Of a stretch of 64,000 bases of DNA, positions 58,201-64,000 are shown one piece after another. A program made the translations under genes and the position numbers. The DNA comes from a virus. A model generated the notes under the pieces. The model saw only the letters and a list, made by a program, of their open reading frames with translations. It ran no database searches and had not been told where the DNA came from. Where the stretch lies: IMG/VR virus record IMGVR_UViG_3300009788_000088; one strand, written 5' to 3'. Every line of letters starts with the position of its first letter. Positions within the stretch are counted from its first letter, which is position 1.

Positions 58201-58672
58201 TGCTCAATCTCACGATAATACTGACCACTCAACTAATTACGCAGTCCAAGGTGGAGCGGAACACGATAACTTCTCTGACTTTGTGGGAGCAGAACATCTT
58301 ACTCCGGGTGATGGGCTTGTTCAGAACGGGACTGTTGTTGATGTTGTTAAGCAGACATTCTCCAGAGGAATTATAGATTCAGTAACTACAGCGGATGTTC
58401 AAATTCCTATGGGATGGGCAAATGGCTCTTGCACTATTGATAAAATTGTTTGTCGTGGAACTACATATTCATCTACAATTACAGTCTATAATGATACTGC
58501 GGCTATTTACACAGGACTTGTTTGTGCTGTGAATACCCCCGGTAGTGAGACATCACAGACATCAGGATTAGCAAATACATCTATTGCAGATGGAGCGGAG
58601 CTTAACTTTACTGTGACTGCAACTGGTGGATCAGACCCAACACTACTAATTGTTCAAGCGGAGTGTAACTAA
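52229..58672 (+). CDS. giant (2147 aa) repetitive fibre/adhesin-like protein with N-terminal Sec signal peptide
   Basis: MLKKIAGIILATTFVFVGTVVS-EP; Gly/Thr/Asp-rich; long internal duplications; Cys pairs; fibre-like motifs (WVLATDG.G...W, GGGDM...YD, HTH-type His motifs). Confidence 0.8.
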   Translation: MLKKIAGIILATTFVFVGTVVSEPFPTWQEYPDNWIAPLQYPTKKIAIGGYDETSPIRFYPNGSAYFNTIWATDYHGTDVWINYLYSKNTASIFATGGQFGYADSGDAWIAFGSIDTNTTYSASNGIALIDTNFTFDGLLNEIGNPDNDTTFVMGNNTLTFTFSGPVGADGAFEIDASGGFSGDLVHIHQHTGNPSSVDLLHLEADDADVIPLKIISEGTQPAIITFGGVYISNGITNGAYIQFDPSSLASLYDEGKLFYDSTSGALAFYNDEADITLQIGQEVYYKARNASGATIDDGMIVYIDGATGEVPNIRLAEADDVATTYVLGMTTHQIEDGTDGYVTTIGVVHDIDTSLYAAGDRLYLDDVTAGNFTDVRPSIGSRVIEVGYVVAVGTTNGSIVLHSSNEDYVINDTYGATWDGVTGQSSSANAVHDILSQYDSDYDGVVDSVLNSAVSHTGISGVSSTQHHVPVTALDFTAITGSATDSQIPDDITVTAATISGTITSLQIADDMARDSELHAKTTSLPFTSITGTLEGLSIGANGVTINWVLAADGANGTAWKEDATGGGGGVYYAGIAMDLATSTFNWVADTTISMGSSEAFILSWANKSITFDSNGMAVSGTGESSAYAMTITDTLKIHGAVTMSDICSTNNNLLTWGTDGVLECVTASGGGDMFKSVYDADNSSAIDYTAGGVPINCVDGEAIQNSGGSSWICTVIAAGSGTGGMWTDINSALQPLDAGYGIGSAVTPIGPSFFDTLTVVNGLTVDNVISTADTKYIQADNSSAPTTTFLGVGYIWTLNGEPYVAVDGTIKNAIAYSGMPSVTFSDTTMTGAVVMPAICSTNSWAVVQGASGLGCVELTGGAEVNNLEAVITGIELGEIFYGTGTNAGAYTAHNFSKIADSIIDAQVPDDITILSSAISGNITSAQIAADMARDSELFGGDFTDLSGTATDGQVPNLEALSNGAGAGSSAWVLATDGVGNSYWKLDATGGGGANSFETWDVENGTDPVASSATDTIRLLDGTGITITGNATADSITIAFTGNFADIADSVQDAQIVDSIARDIELHTQGTDTALGAMVEDIDMNTLYQLIALAAPVGAGEAVRTTTNITEVNLIELTDASETTLHSHAGGGTTYNAGIAMALVGTTFNWVADTTISMGSSEAFVLSWSNKSITFDSNGFAVSGTGESSAYAMTITDTLKVHGEVTMSAICSTDDNLVRWNTGGDLDCIAAGSGAGGLWTDINSALQPLDSGYGVGSATTPIGSSFFDTLTVINNLSVGTITSTASTKYIQVDNATAPTGTFLGIGYIITIAGEPKVAVDGTNLSAFYHSTNLLFGSGLSKSGNTLTASGGSGLWTDNTTYIMPNDNTDDLGATAERIPNIYADTLDAPTIITDYLYSKSTASIFATGGQFGYTDSGDAWVSFDSLVGGGGFSIAGTNLTSSGATVSVISNPRFTSISNPVDIHDSLSWSGTDTFIIYEEDDVLTQRWQELQLTSDGVNSKIRLYSQDGYAGESATMEIDGTDGIILLNPSVAVQSNADIDLTNSSQVVNLQAPAALGEAIRQTANVTETNLNTLTGGGDTTLHDHDGILENITHRGSDGTDHSYIDQDVTTSGTPAFLSISANSVAITTATIDSLNLGSVCSTDQYHLVWNTDNSVSCVSAAGGGDMNTATYDVGANGFIDQAAGGTELDTSGVTNGQMLIGNTTSNVWNLGTISGTANEIGIAVGGGSLQVSIVASPILDATNITGGDIHTQGTDTALGAMAEDIDMNTLYQLISLAAPVGVGEAVRTTTNITEVNLIELTNASETTLHSHAGGGSLWTDQTGYILVVDDDNIGASGDKVADIFATNITSGAFLTDAADGDRFIDCTNTNNVFTTTGYLCFDITDDELQYYDSDSMESVPKTSDLHTQGTDTTLGTMTADIDMNNLFQIVNLQTPAALGEALRQTANVTETNLNTLTGGGDTTLHDHDGVSENTTHRGSDGSDHSLSHAQSHDNTDHSTNYAVQGGAEHDNFSDFVGAEHLTPGDGLVQNGTVVDVVKQTFSRGIIDSVTTADVQIPMGWANGSCTIDKIVCRGTTYSSTITVYNDTAAIYTGLVCAVNTPGSETSQTSGLANTSIADGAELNFTVTATGGSDPTLLIVQAECN

Positions 58673-59250
58673 TGAAAGTAATTATCGGGACAGTCATAGC
58701 TGGTCTCCTCTTCTTCGGGTGGTTTAATATTGTATTCGCCGTTGAATTTGAAACTATTCGACCGTCAGGCACATACGACACGAACGCAAAGTGGGCTAAT
58801 AACTCAAATGCTTGGGATAACAGTTTAACTACAGCGGCGGACCTTACCGGTGGGCCGCCTAATCAAAGCGATAGCTGGTTATATGTTGGAGCCGTTACAA
58901 GTGTTGCGACTGATGCTTGGGATGCTCCTTCACAGTCATGGGATTCGGGGACTCTCTACTGTACCTATTCTTCTGACGGATGGGATGGCAACGATCTCTT
59001 CTCGGTTGAGATAAGAAATGGGGCCGATTCGATATTAGCAACATTAGAATCTCCAACGGCATCAGCGGTAACAAAAACTACTAAGAATTATGTTCTATCT
59101 GGTGGAGAGTTAAGTAATCAAACAGATTTGAGGTGTGTAGGAATTTATAATCGTGCTGGTGGTCAGGATACTGGCGCTTCCTATATTTATGAAGTGTGGC
59201 AAGACGGTACGTTTACTATAGTCGATGGTGTGCGCAGGAGGTTAATATAA
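58672..59250 (+). CDS. signal-peptide-bearing beta-sandwich-like protein
   Basis: MKVIIGTVIAGLLFFGWFNIVFA-VE; TAATG coupling; 2 Cys. Confidence 0.7.
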   Translation: MKVIIGTVIAGLLFFGWFNIVFAVEFETIRPSGTYDTNAKWANNSNAWDNSLTTAADLTGGPPNQSDSWLYVGAVTSVATDAWDAPSQSWDSGTLYCTYSSDGWDGNDLFSVEIRNGADSILATLESPTASAVTKTTKNYVLSGGELSNQTDLRCVGIYNRAGGQDTGASYIYEVWQDGTFTIVDGVRRRLI

Positions 59251-59840
59251 TGAAAAAGTTAATATTCATTCTACTTTTAATTCCTTCTATCATATGGGGA
59301 GCTTCGTTTAATGGGTCAGCTAATTTTGCTACTGGCAGGGTTGAAGTCTTTTTATGTACGACTCTTGCTGACTCGGAAACAGCTACGGGGAATGGAGCTA
59401 AGGAAGGATTTAAGTTTGGGACTCAGGATTGGTGGGGAAGTCCATTCACAGCTACATCAAATTATACCCTTTGTTCAGTTGAAGTGGATATGGCAAGAAC
59501 AGCCACACCAGCTTCCTATAACATGACCGCTCACATCTTCCTAGACGATGGTGGAGATGATATCACGGGCTCCTCATTAGGTAATTCTGATTCAATTCCT
59601 GCTTCTGCCACATCAACAACGTGGGGGTTTATCACCTTTCCGAACATGAGTGTATCTATAACCTCCGGGACTCGATACTGGATTATGATTACATCTGACG
59701 GGGTTGATGGTACAAACACAGTTAGCATTAGAACCACTGACTTAGGGGTAGCTGGAAGAATCCATTATGATGACAATGGAGTGCCCCCAACAACTGTTTC
59801 TGACGCTACTAAAGGGACAAGGTATAAAACTTATGAATAA
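59250..59840 (+). CDS. signal-peptide-bearing beta-sandwich-like protein (start 59250)
   Basis: AGGAGG RBS, TAATG coupling; MKKLIFILLLIPSIIWG-AS; FTATSNYTLCSV...ITSGTRYWI pattern. Confidence 0.7.
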   Translation: MKKLIFILLLIPSIIWGASFNGSANFATGRVEVFLCTTLADSETATGNGAKEGFKFGTQDWWGSPFTATSNYTLCSVEVDMARTATPASYNMTAHIFLDDGGDDITGSSLGNSDSIPASATSTTWGFITFPNMSVSITSGTRYWIMITSDGVDGTNTVSIRTTDLGVAGRIHYDDNGVPPTTVSDATKGTRYKTYE

Positions 59841-61161
59841 GTTAATTACTATAATGTTATTTTTGTTTATACCTTCTCTTGCTCTGGCAACAGAGTATAC
59901 GGCGGATTCGTGCTCTTACGCAGATGTACAAAGTAAGTATGCCAACTCTACTGCCCACGGTGACACACTCAACATCCCAGCCGGTACGTGTGGTTGGGGA
60001 AGTATGTTAACAGTTACTAAAGGTGTTCATTTTGCGGGGGCGGGAACTACTTCGACTATAATCACGAGGAATGGAACCGCCATAAAAGCTGATGTTGATT
60101 CGCCTAATAACTTTAGCGTGAGCGGAATTAGATTCGTGGGGAATGGGAATAAGTTATGCATAACAGGTAGTCAGACAGAGTTTTTAGTTGATAATAATGC
60201 CTTCCATGATGATGGAGATGTAGGGCTTCAGATTATTGTAGGATCAAACACATGTGCGAATAATTGTGGTCAACAAACGCTGGGAGTTATTTCAGCAAAC
60301 AGCTTCTTATCCACTGTCGGTGGTACTAGTGGAGACGATAAGAGTTTTATTTATATCACCTCAGATGGAACGGCCAATGGTTATTCTCGATCATCAGGTA
60401 TTGGTGGAGCCGATAACATGGTCTTTGTGGAAGATAATACCTTCTATGCTTGGGCTGATTGGGGCAAAGATCACGCTGTCTGGACACAGTGTGGTGGGTC
60501 TTATGTGTTTCGATATAATACGGTTGATAACACAAACGTAGATATGCACGGAAACTGTTCATGGTGGGGTGGGAGAGAGTTTGAGATTTATAATAATGAT
60601 TTCGATTGTAGCCAAGCTCAAAATGAAGCTGGTTCAGATGGGACCGATAATGCGATAAACGTTCGTGGTGGAACAGGTGTGATATGGGGAAACACTTGGG
60701 TATCTACGGGTGGGGCTACTTGTCAGATGAGATTTACGATCTATGACATGAGACTTACGGCCGGGTGTAATGCCACTCTGTATCCGGGCAACCAGTGTAC
60801 AACTGCGGACATAAACAGCGACGATAATTACCCTTGGGAGTATGGCCTTGGTAGAGGAGAGGATAACGGTCTTGATCCTATTTATAGTTGGGGAAATAGT
60901 TGGATGAGTAATTCACTTACCTATGCTAACCTTGATTGGGTTGATGGTTCACAGTGTGATTCAATACTTGATCCAGACATGACTTTAATTGGGACAGGGG
61001 CAAGAACATTAGTAGAAGAGGATAGAGATTGGTACTTTCAAACTGCAAGACCAACGTACACACCTTATACATACCCTCATCCATTACGAGGGGAACAAGA
61101 ACCCGAAGGTGTAACTAACGTTCTTCGTGGTGGCTCACTGAGAGGCGGAAGTATTCGGTAG
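59833..61161 (+). CDS. signal-peptide-bearing right-handed beta-helix (pectate-lyase-like) protein
   Basis: MNKLITIMLFLFIPSLALA-TE; GDTLNIPAGT...GAG...TII, VDNNAF, FVEDNTF, VFRYNT, EIYNNDF, RGGTGVIWGNT, YTPYTYPHPL. Confidence 0.75.
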   Translation: MNKLITIMLFLFIPSLALATEYTADSCSYADVQSKYANSTAHGDTLNIPAGTCGWGSMLTVTKGVHFAGAGTTSTIITRNGTAIKADVDSPNNFSVSGIRFVGNGNKLCITGSQTEFLVDNNAFHDDGDVGLQIIVGSNTCANNCGQQTLGVISANSFLSTVGGTSGDDKSFIYITSDGTANGYSRSSGIGGADNMVFVEDNTFYAWADWGKDHAVWTQCGGSYVFRYNTVDNTNVDMHGNCSWWGGREFEIYNNDFDCSQAQNEAGSDGTDNAINVRGGTGVIWGNTWVSTGGATCQMRFTIYDMRLTAGCNATLYPGNQCTTADINSDDNYPWEYGLGRGEDNGLDPIYSWGNSWMSNSLTYANLDWVDGSQCDSILDPDMTLIGTGARTLVEEDRDWYFQTARPTYTPYTYPHPLRGEQEPEGVTNVLRGGSLRGGSIR

Positions 61162-61171
61162 AAAGAACAAA

Positions 61172-61186
61172 TATAAATACTTAAAA
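61172..61186 (+). promoter_or_regulatory. late promoter
   Basis: TATAAATACTTAAAA. Confidence 0.85.
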
Positions 61187-61270
61187 CGTAGCTTTGTCGG
61201 AGTTTAAGAATTATACACCACACAGGATGATAATTATCTCTGTGTGGTGTAATCCTACTTAGGGGATACA

Positions 61271-62191
61271 ATGCGTATAGTATCATTTCCTTCAGCGGCC
61301 GGATTCACTGTTGAGATTGCGTTCGTGAGAGATTCCAATCCATTAGAAATGTGGGATGGGGTTTCTGCGTGGACATTGGTTTCAACATATCATGCAATGA
61401 GCTTTGGAACAATTGATAACAACTATTACATTACGGATTCTGACATAGTTCCCCCAGATGAAAGATGTTGGACCATTGCCCGTGGACAAATAGGTGCTGG
61501 TCCGTTTACTAACATAGATTCTAGGTTGTTCGATCCATATACCGCTGATGCTCCTATGAGTATTGATGCTCTGTACAACTTACTTATCGCCGGGGCGTTG
61601 AACCCGGTAACTTTCCACGTAACTGATGACCAAGGAGTTCCACAAGTTGTTCCGGGCCTGACCCTTGAGATTTGGGATTTGGGTGGGGTGCTTCGATACA
61701 AGAAGGGTATTACGGATTCAAACGGGGACTGGGTAACTGGAGGACTTCCGGAAGGCGATTATACCATTCGTGGATTCTCCCCAACACATAGCTTTACAGA
61801 ACAGCCTATTACCATTCCAGTTGGGGGAGGCACAATACCTTTATCGGCTGTGAGGACTGTTTTTGCTCCGGGGTCATCTCCGGGTCTTACCACTCTCTGG
61901 GGATATACGGCTGATATTCTGGGGGTAGCAATTGAGAACACTCTTATAGAGATTCTAACTTATGCACCCGTGGCAGTCTTCTCAGGGGGATCGGCCATTG
62001 ATGGGGATAAACATCTCATCTATACGGACGCTTCAGGATACTTCTCTGTAGGCGTGGTACAAGAGATTCCCATTCGTATTAAATGTCAAGCTGTAAAATA
62101 TAACAGGTCTATCACATTCGCTGATACTGTGGCGGATATGGATTGGCAGGACATTCCTATTAATAACGACACTCACGCCAGCTACAATTAG
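61271..62191 (+). CDS. virion-type protein with carboxypeptidase-regulatory-like (transthyretin/Ig-like) domains
   Basis: V.D..G...PG....GITDSNG.W....LPEGDYTI and TDASGYFSV repeats. Confidence 0.65.
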   Translation: MRIVSFPSAAGFTVEIAFVRDSNPLEMWDGVSAWTLVSTYHAMSFGTIDNNYYITDSDIVPPDERCWTIARGQIGAGPFTNIDSRLFDPYTADAPMSIDALYNLLIAGALNPVTFHVTDDQGVPQVVPGLTLEIWDLGGVLRYKKGITDSNGDWVTGGLPEGDYTIRGFSPTHSFTEQPITIPVGGGTIPLSAVRTVFAPGSSPGLTTLWGYTADILGVAIENTLIEILTYAPVAVFSGGSAIDGDKHLIYTDASGYFSVGVVQEIPIRIKCQAVKYNRSITFADTVADMDWQDIPINNDTHASYN

Positions 62192-62200
62192 GAGTAAGAG

Positions 62201-62560
62201 ATGAAAGGGTTTATACAACATTCAATTGAAGAATCTATGAAGAGAATGATGTTATACGGGGCTATGGTCTCTATGGAATATGATAAGAGTTACAAGAAGA
62301 ATGAATCCTCTATTCTCCGTGACCTCAAGATTCTTCAACGGGCCAACAAGGTCTATTCAGGAGATGAACCGCTTAAACTCCAGTACATCGAATTCCAGAT
62401 TCTGGGAACGAATGGTGTTATTAAGCCCAAACCTGATTGGGAGAAGTTGGTCGTGGTCAAGGATCAGATTAGTATCTACGAAATCCTCCGGGGTAACAAC
62501 CAATACACGAAGGCCGCTCTTCGGCCAGTCAAGGCAATCGTGTTTGCTGTAAAGGAGTAG
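62201..62560 (+). CDS. hypothetical protein with capsid-targeting-like N-terminus
   Basis: MKGFIQHSIEES. Confidence 0.6.
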   Translation: MKGFIQHSIEESMKRMMLYGAMVSMEYDKSYKKNESSILRDLKILQRANKVYSGDEPLKLQYIEFQILGTNGVIKPKPDWEKLVVVKDQISIYEILRGNNQYTKAALRPVKAIVFAVKE

Positions 62561-62562
62561 TC

Positions 62563-62799
62563 ATGCAATTTAAGGATATGATCACGGAAAAAAAGGGTAA
62601 CAACCCACGAGAAGAATTTAAAAAATATGTTAGTACAACCCAGACGTTGATGGGTGATTTGGGAAAACTTGAAAAAGCTTTTTCTGATACTATGCAAGAT
62701 GAACTATTGATAAAATATCGGAAAGAGTTTGAAACATTGTTAACGGCGATGAATAATTTTAATATAAACACCCAGAAACTTTTAAAAGCTATTAAGTAG
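62563..62799 (+). CDS. hypothetical protein with capsid-targeting-like N-terminus
   Basis: MQFKDMITEK; AAGGAG RBS. Confidence 0.6.
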   Translation: MQFKDMITEKKGNNPREEFKKYVSTTQTLMGDLGKLEKAFSDTMQDELLIKYRKEFETLLTAMNNFNINTQKLLKAIK

Positions 62800-62807
62800 G
62801 AGTAGTC

Positions 62808-63359
62808 ATGCACATTTATCTATCTGAAGGACATGATGCTAAACGCCGTGGCGCTGTGAACGCCAAGTACGGTCTTTCCGAATATGACTTAGCCGTCCCT
62901 ATCGCCGCTATGGTGTTTTCAGAACTGGCCCATCTCCCGGCCGTCACGCTCATGGAGCAGGACACACTGGGTAATGTTATCCGTTCTATGAAGGCAAAAG
63001 ATGTGGACAAGACAATCAGCATCGAATTCCACTTTAATAGCAACGTAGGAACCCCGTGGAGAGGCTGTGAGACACTTTATCTCCATAACCTAGCACTTCC
63101 CCTTGCAGAGAGCGTACAGAGCGCTACGCAGGGTTATATGGACAATCGGGACCGTGGGGTGAAGCGTCGGGATAACCTTGGATTCCTGAAGACGGGTTCC
63201 GTGTCTCTCATCCTTGAACCATTCTTCATAAACAACGATGACGAACTAGAGAAGTTCGTCATTAAAGAAGATAAATCTGGAGTGGATAACTGGAAGCTGA
63301 AGGCGCTGGCCAAAGCTATGGCTTTTGGGATTGCCGCTGGGTATCACAGGATAACATAA
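62808..63359 (+). CDS. N-acetylmuramoyl-L-alanine amidase (Amidase_3) endolysin
   Basis: IYLSEGH...GAV...E...ISIEFHFNS...GCETLY...DRGVK..DNLGFL...LILEPFFINN..E. Confidence 0.88.
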   Translation: MHIYLSEGHDAKRRGAVNAKYGLSEYDLAVPIAAMVFSELAHLPAVTLMEQDTLGNVIRSMKAKDVDKTISIEFHFNSNVGTPWRGCETLYLHNLALPLAESVQSATQGYMDNRDRGVKRRDNLGFLKTGSVSLILEPFFINNDDELEKFVIKEDKSGVDNWKLKALAKAMAFGIAAGYHRIT

Positions 63360-63468
63360 AACACAATAATAGCAATTATCCAAATAATCACCAAACCAAT
63401 AATACAAGGAAGATGTTTTCTCTCTTCCTGTCTGGCCCGAAGAATACCTTTATGTAATTCCAACATAT

Positions 63469-63678
63469 TCATAATGCATTCTCGTCCCAGTTCTTAAGCA
63501 TATCCTCCATCTGTTTACTTATACGATCCATCCTTTTAACATTACATTCAAAACACCAATACGGGGACCATGCTGTTCCTGCTAGATTTTTACACTCGGA
63601 TTCAATACCAATACATGGTAATCCCGATTTGTGTCTTGGGTGATTACCTTCGTGTTTGGGGTCTTGATAAGGAAACAT
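63469..63678 (-). CDS. hypothetical Cys-rich protein (likely start MFPYQDP)
   Basis: GGAGG upstream; C...C...WCFEC motif. Confidence 0.55.
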   Translation of the reverse strand: MFPYQDPKHEGNHPRHKSGLPCIGIESECKNLAGTAWSPYWCFECNVKRMDRISKQMEDMLKNWDENAL

Positions 63679-63823
63679 AATCAGGAGTCCTCCACTATTA
63701 TCCCAGCGATAAGAATGCAATTAACACAATCATTTCTATCATGACCATGAACACAAATTATGCCTAATTTGGGAGGGGCATCATCATTAGTAGCCCAAAA
63801 AAGTAAATCGCTAAGACTCATTA

Positions 63824-64000
63824 TTAAAAGTCCTCCATACAATTCTTACACAAGTCCACGGTGGCAACTCCATCATCCATATCAGATTGTGTAATAACCT
63901 TACTACATTGACAACACATAAGTCCGGCCTTGATGGATTCATCCCGCTCTTTGGCAATAGCCTCCTTCGCCTTGTCAACAAGATACTCCAGTTTCCGCTG
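63824..64000 (-). CDS. 3' end of a zinc-finger protein (CQC...LCKNC), truncated by the window edge
   Basis: Open frame QRKLEYLVDKAKEAIAKERDESIKAGLMCCQCSKVITQSDMDDGVATVDLCKNCMEDF*. Confidence 0.5.
   Translation of the reverse strand, partial: QRKLEYLVDKAKEAIAKERDESIKAGLMCCQCSKVITQSDMDDGVATVDLCKNCMEDF

Noticed and set aside
52229-58672. Duplicated blocks in the giant fibre as a diversity-generating retroelement TR/VR pair
   Set aside because: Both copies are in frame in one ORF, differences are mostly synonymous and not adenine-specific, and no reverse transcriptase is present in the window.
1-64000. Stop-codon reassignment (alternative genetic code)
   Set aside because: Core genes are full length in the standard code, and TAA, TAG and TGA all end conserved genes at expected positions.
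1-64000. tRNA genes, integrase or prophage boundaries
   Set aside because: No cloverleaf with T-loop GTTCRA in the short intergenic gaps that I could identify by eye, and no recombinase or host genes; a tRNAscan-SE run would be needed to be certain.

Overview
64 kb of a lytic, T4-superfamily (contractile-tailed) bacteriophage genome in the standard genetic code. It is distant from T4 itself and has a heavily rearranged gene order. The window holds most of the virion module: gp2, gp3, portal gp20, gp67-like, sheath gp18, tube gp19, gp54, gp26/gp51, tape measure, gp48, gp53, gp27, a frameshifted gp8, a VrlC/DUF4815-type protein, three paralogous fibre-like proteins, gp5, gp25, gp6, gp7, gp21, gp22, gp23, gp68, gp13-gp17 and gp4. 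It also holds uvsW (partial), uvsY, rnh and the gp41 helicase, a minus-strand island of small early genes behind four near-identical sigma70-type promoters, and a split lysis module (holin-like gene plus overlapping spanins, which implies a Gram-negative host, and a distant amidase endolysin). About 16 T4-type late promoters share the extended consensus TATAAATACTTAAAA. Most striking observations: (1) a late operon fused to the holin/spanin cassette that encodes a 2147-aa repetitive fibre-like protein and three adhesin-like proteins, all with Sec-type signal peptides and paired cysteines, suggesting fibres exported to and matured in the periplasm; (2) about a dozen small late ORFs starting with a T4 internal-protein capsid-targeting-like motif (MKxFxE/QY/FIxE), three of them HExxH metalloprotease-like; (3) a likely programmed -1 frameshift joining gp26 to gp51 just before the tape measure; (4) an early (p)ppGpp-hydrolase-like HD protein with an S4-like N-terminal motif; (5) a G-quadruplex-prone tract at the early/replication divergence point. 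All calls come from manual motif recognition; no searches were run. No tRNA, CRISPR array, intron, intein or integrase was seen.
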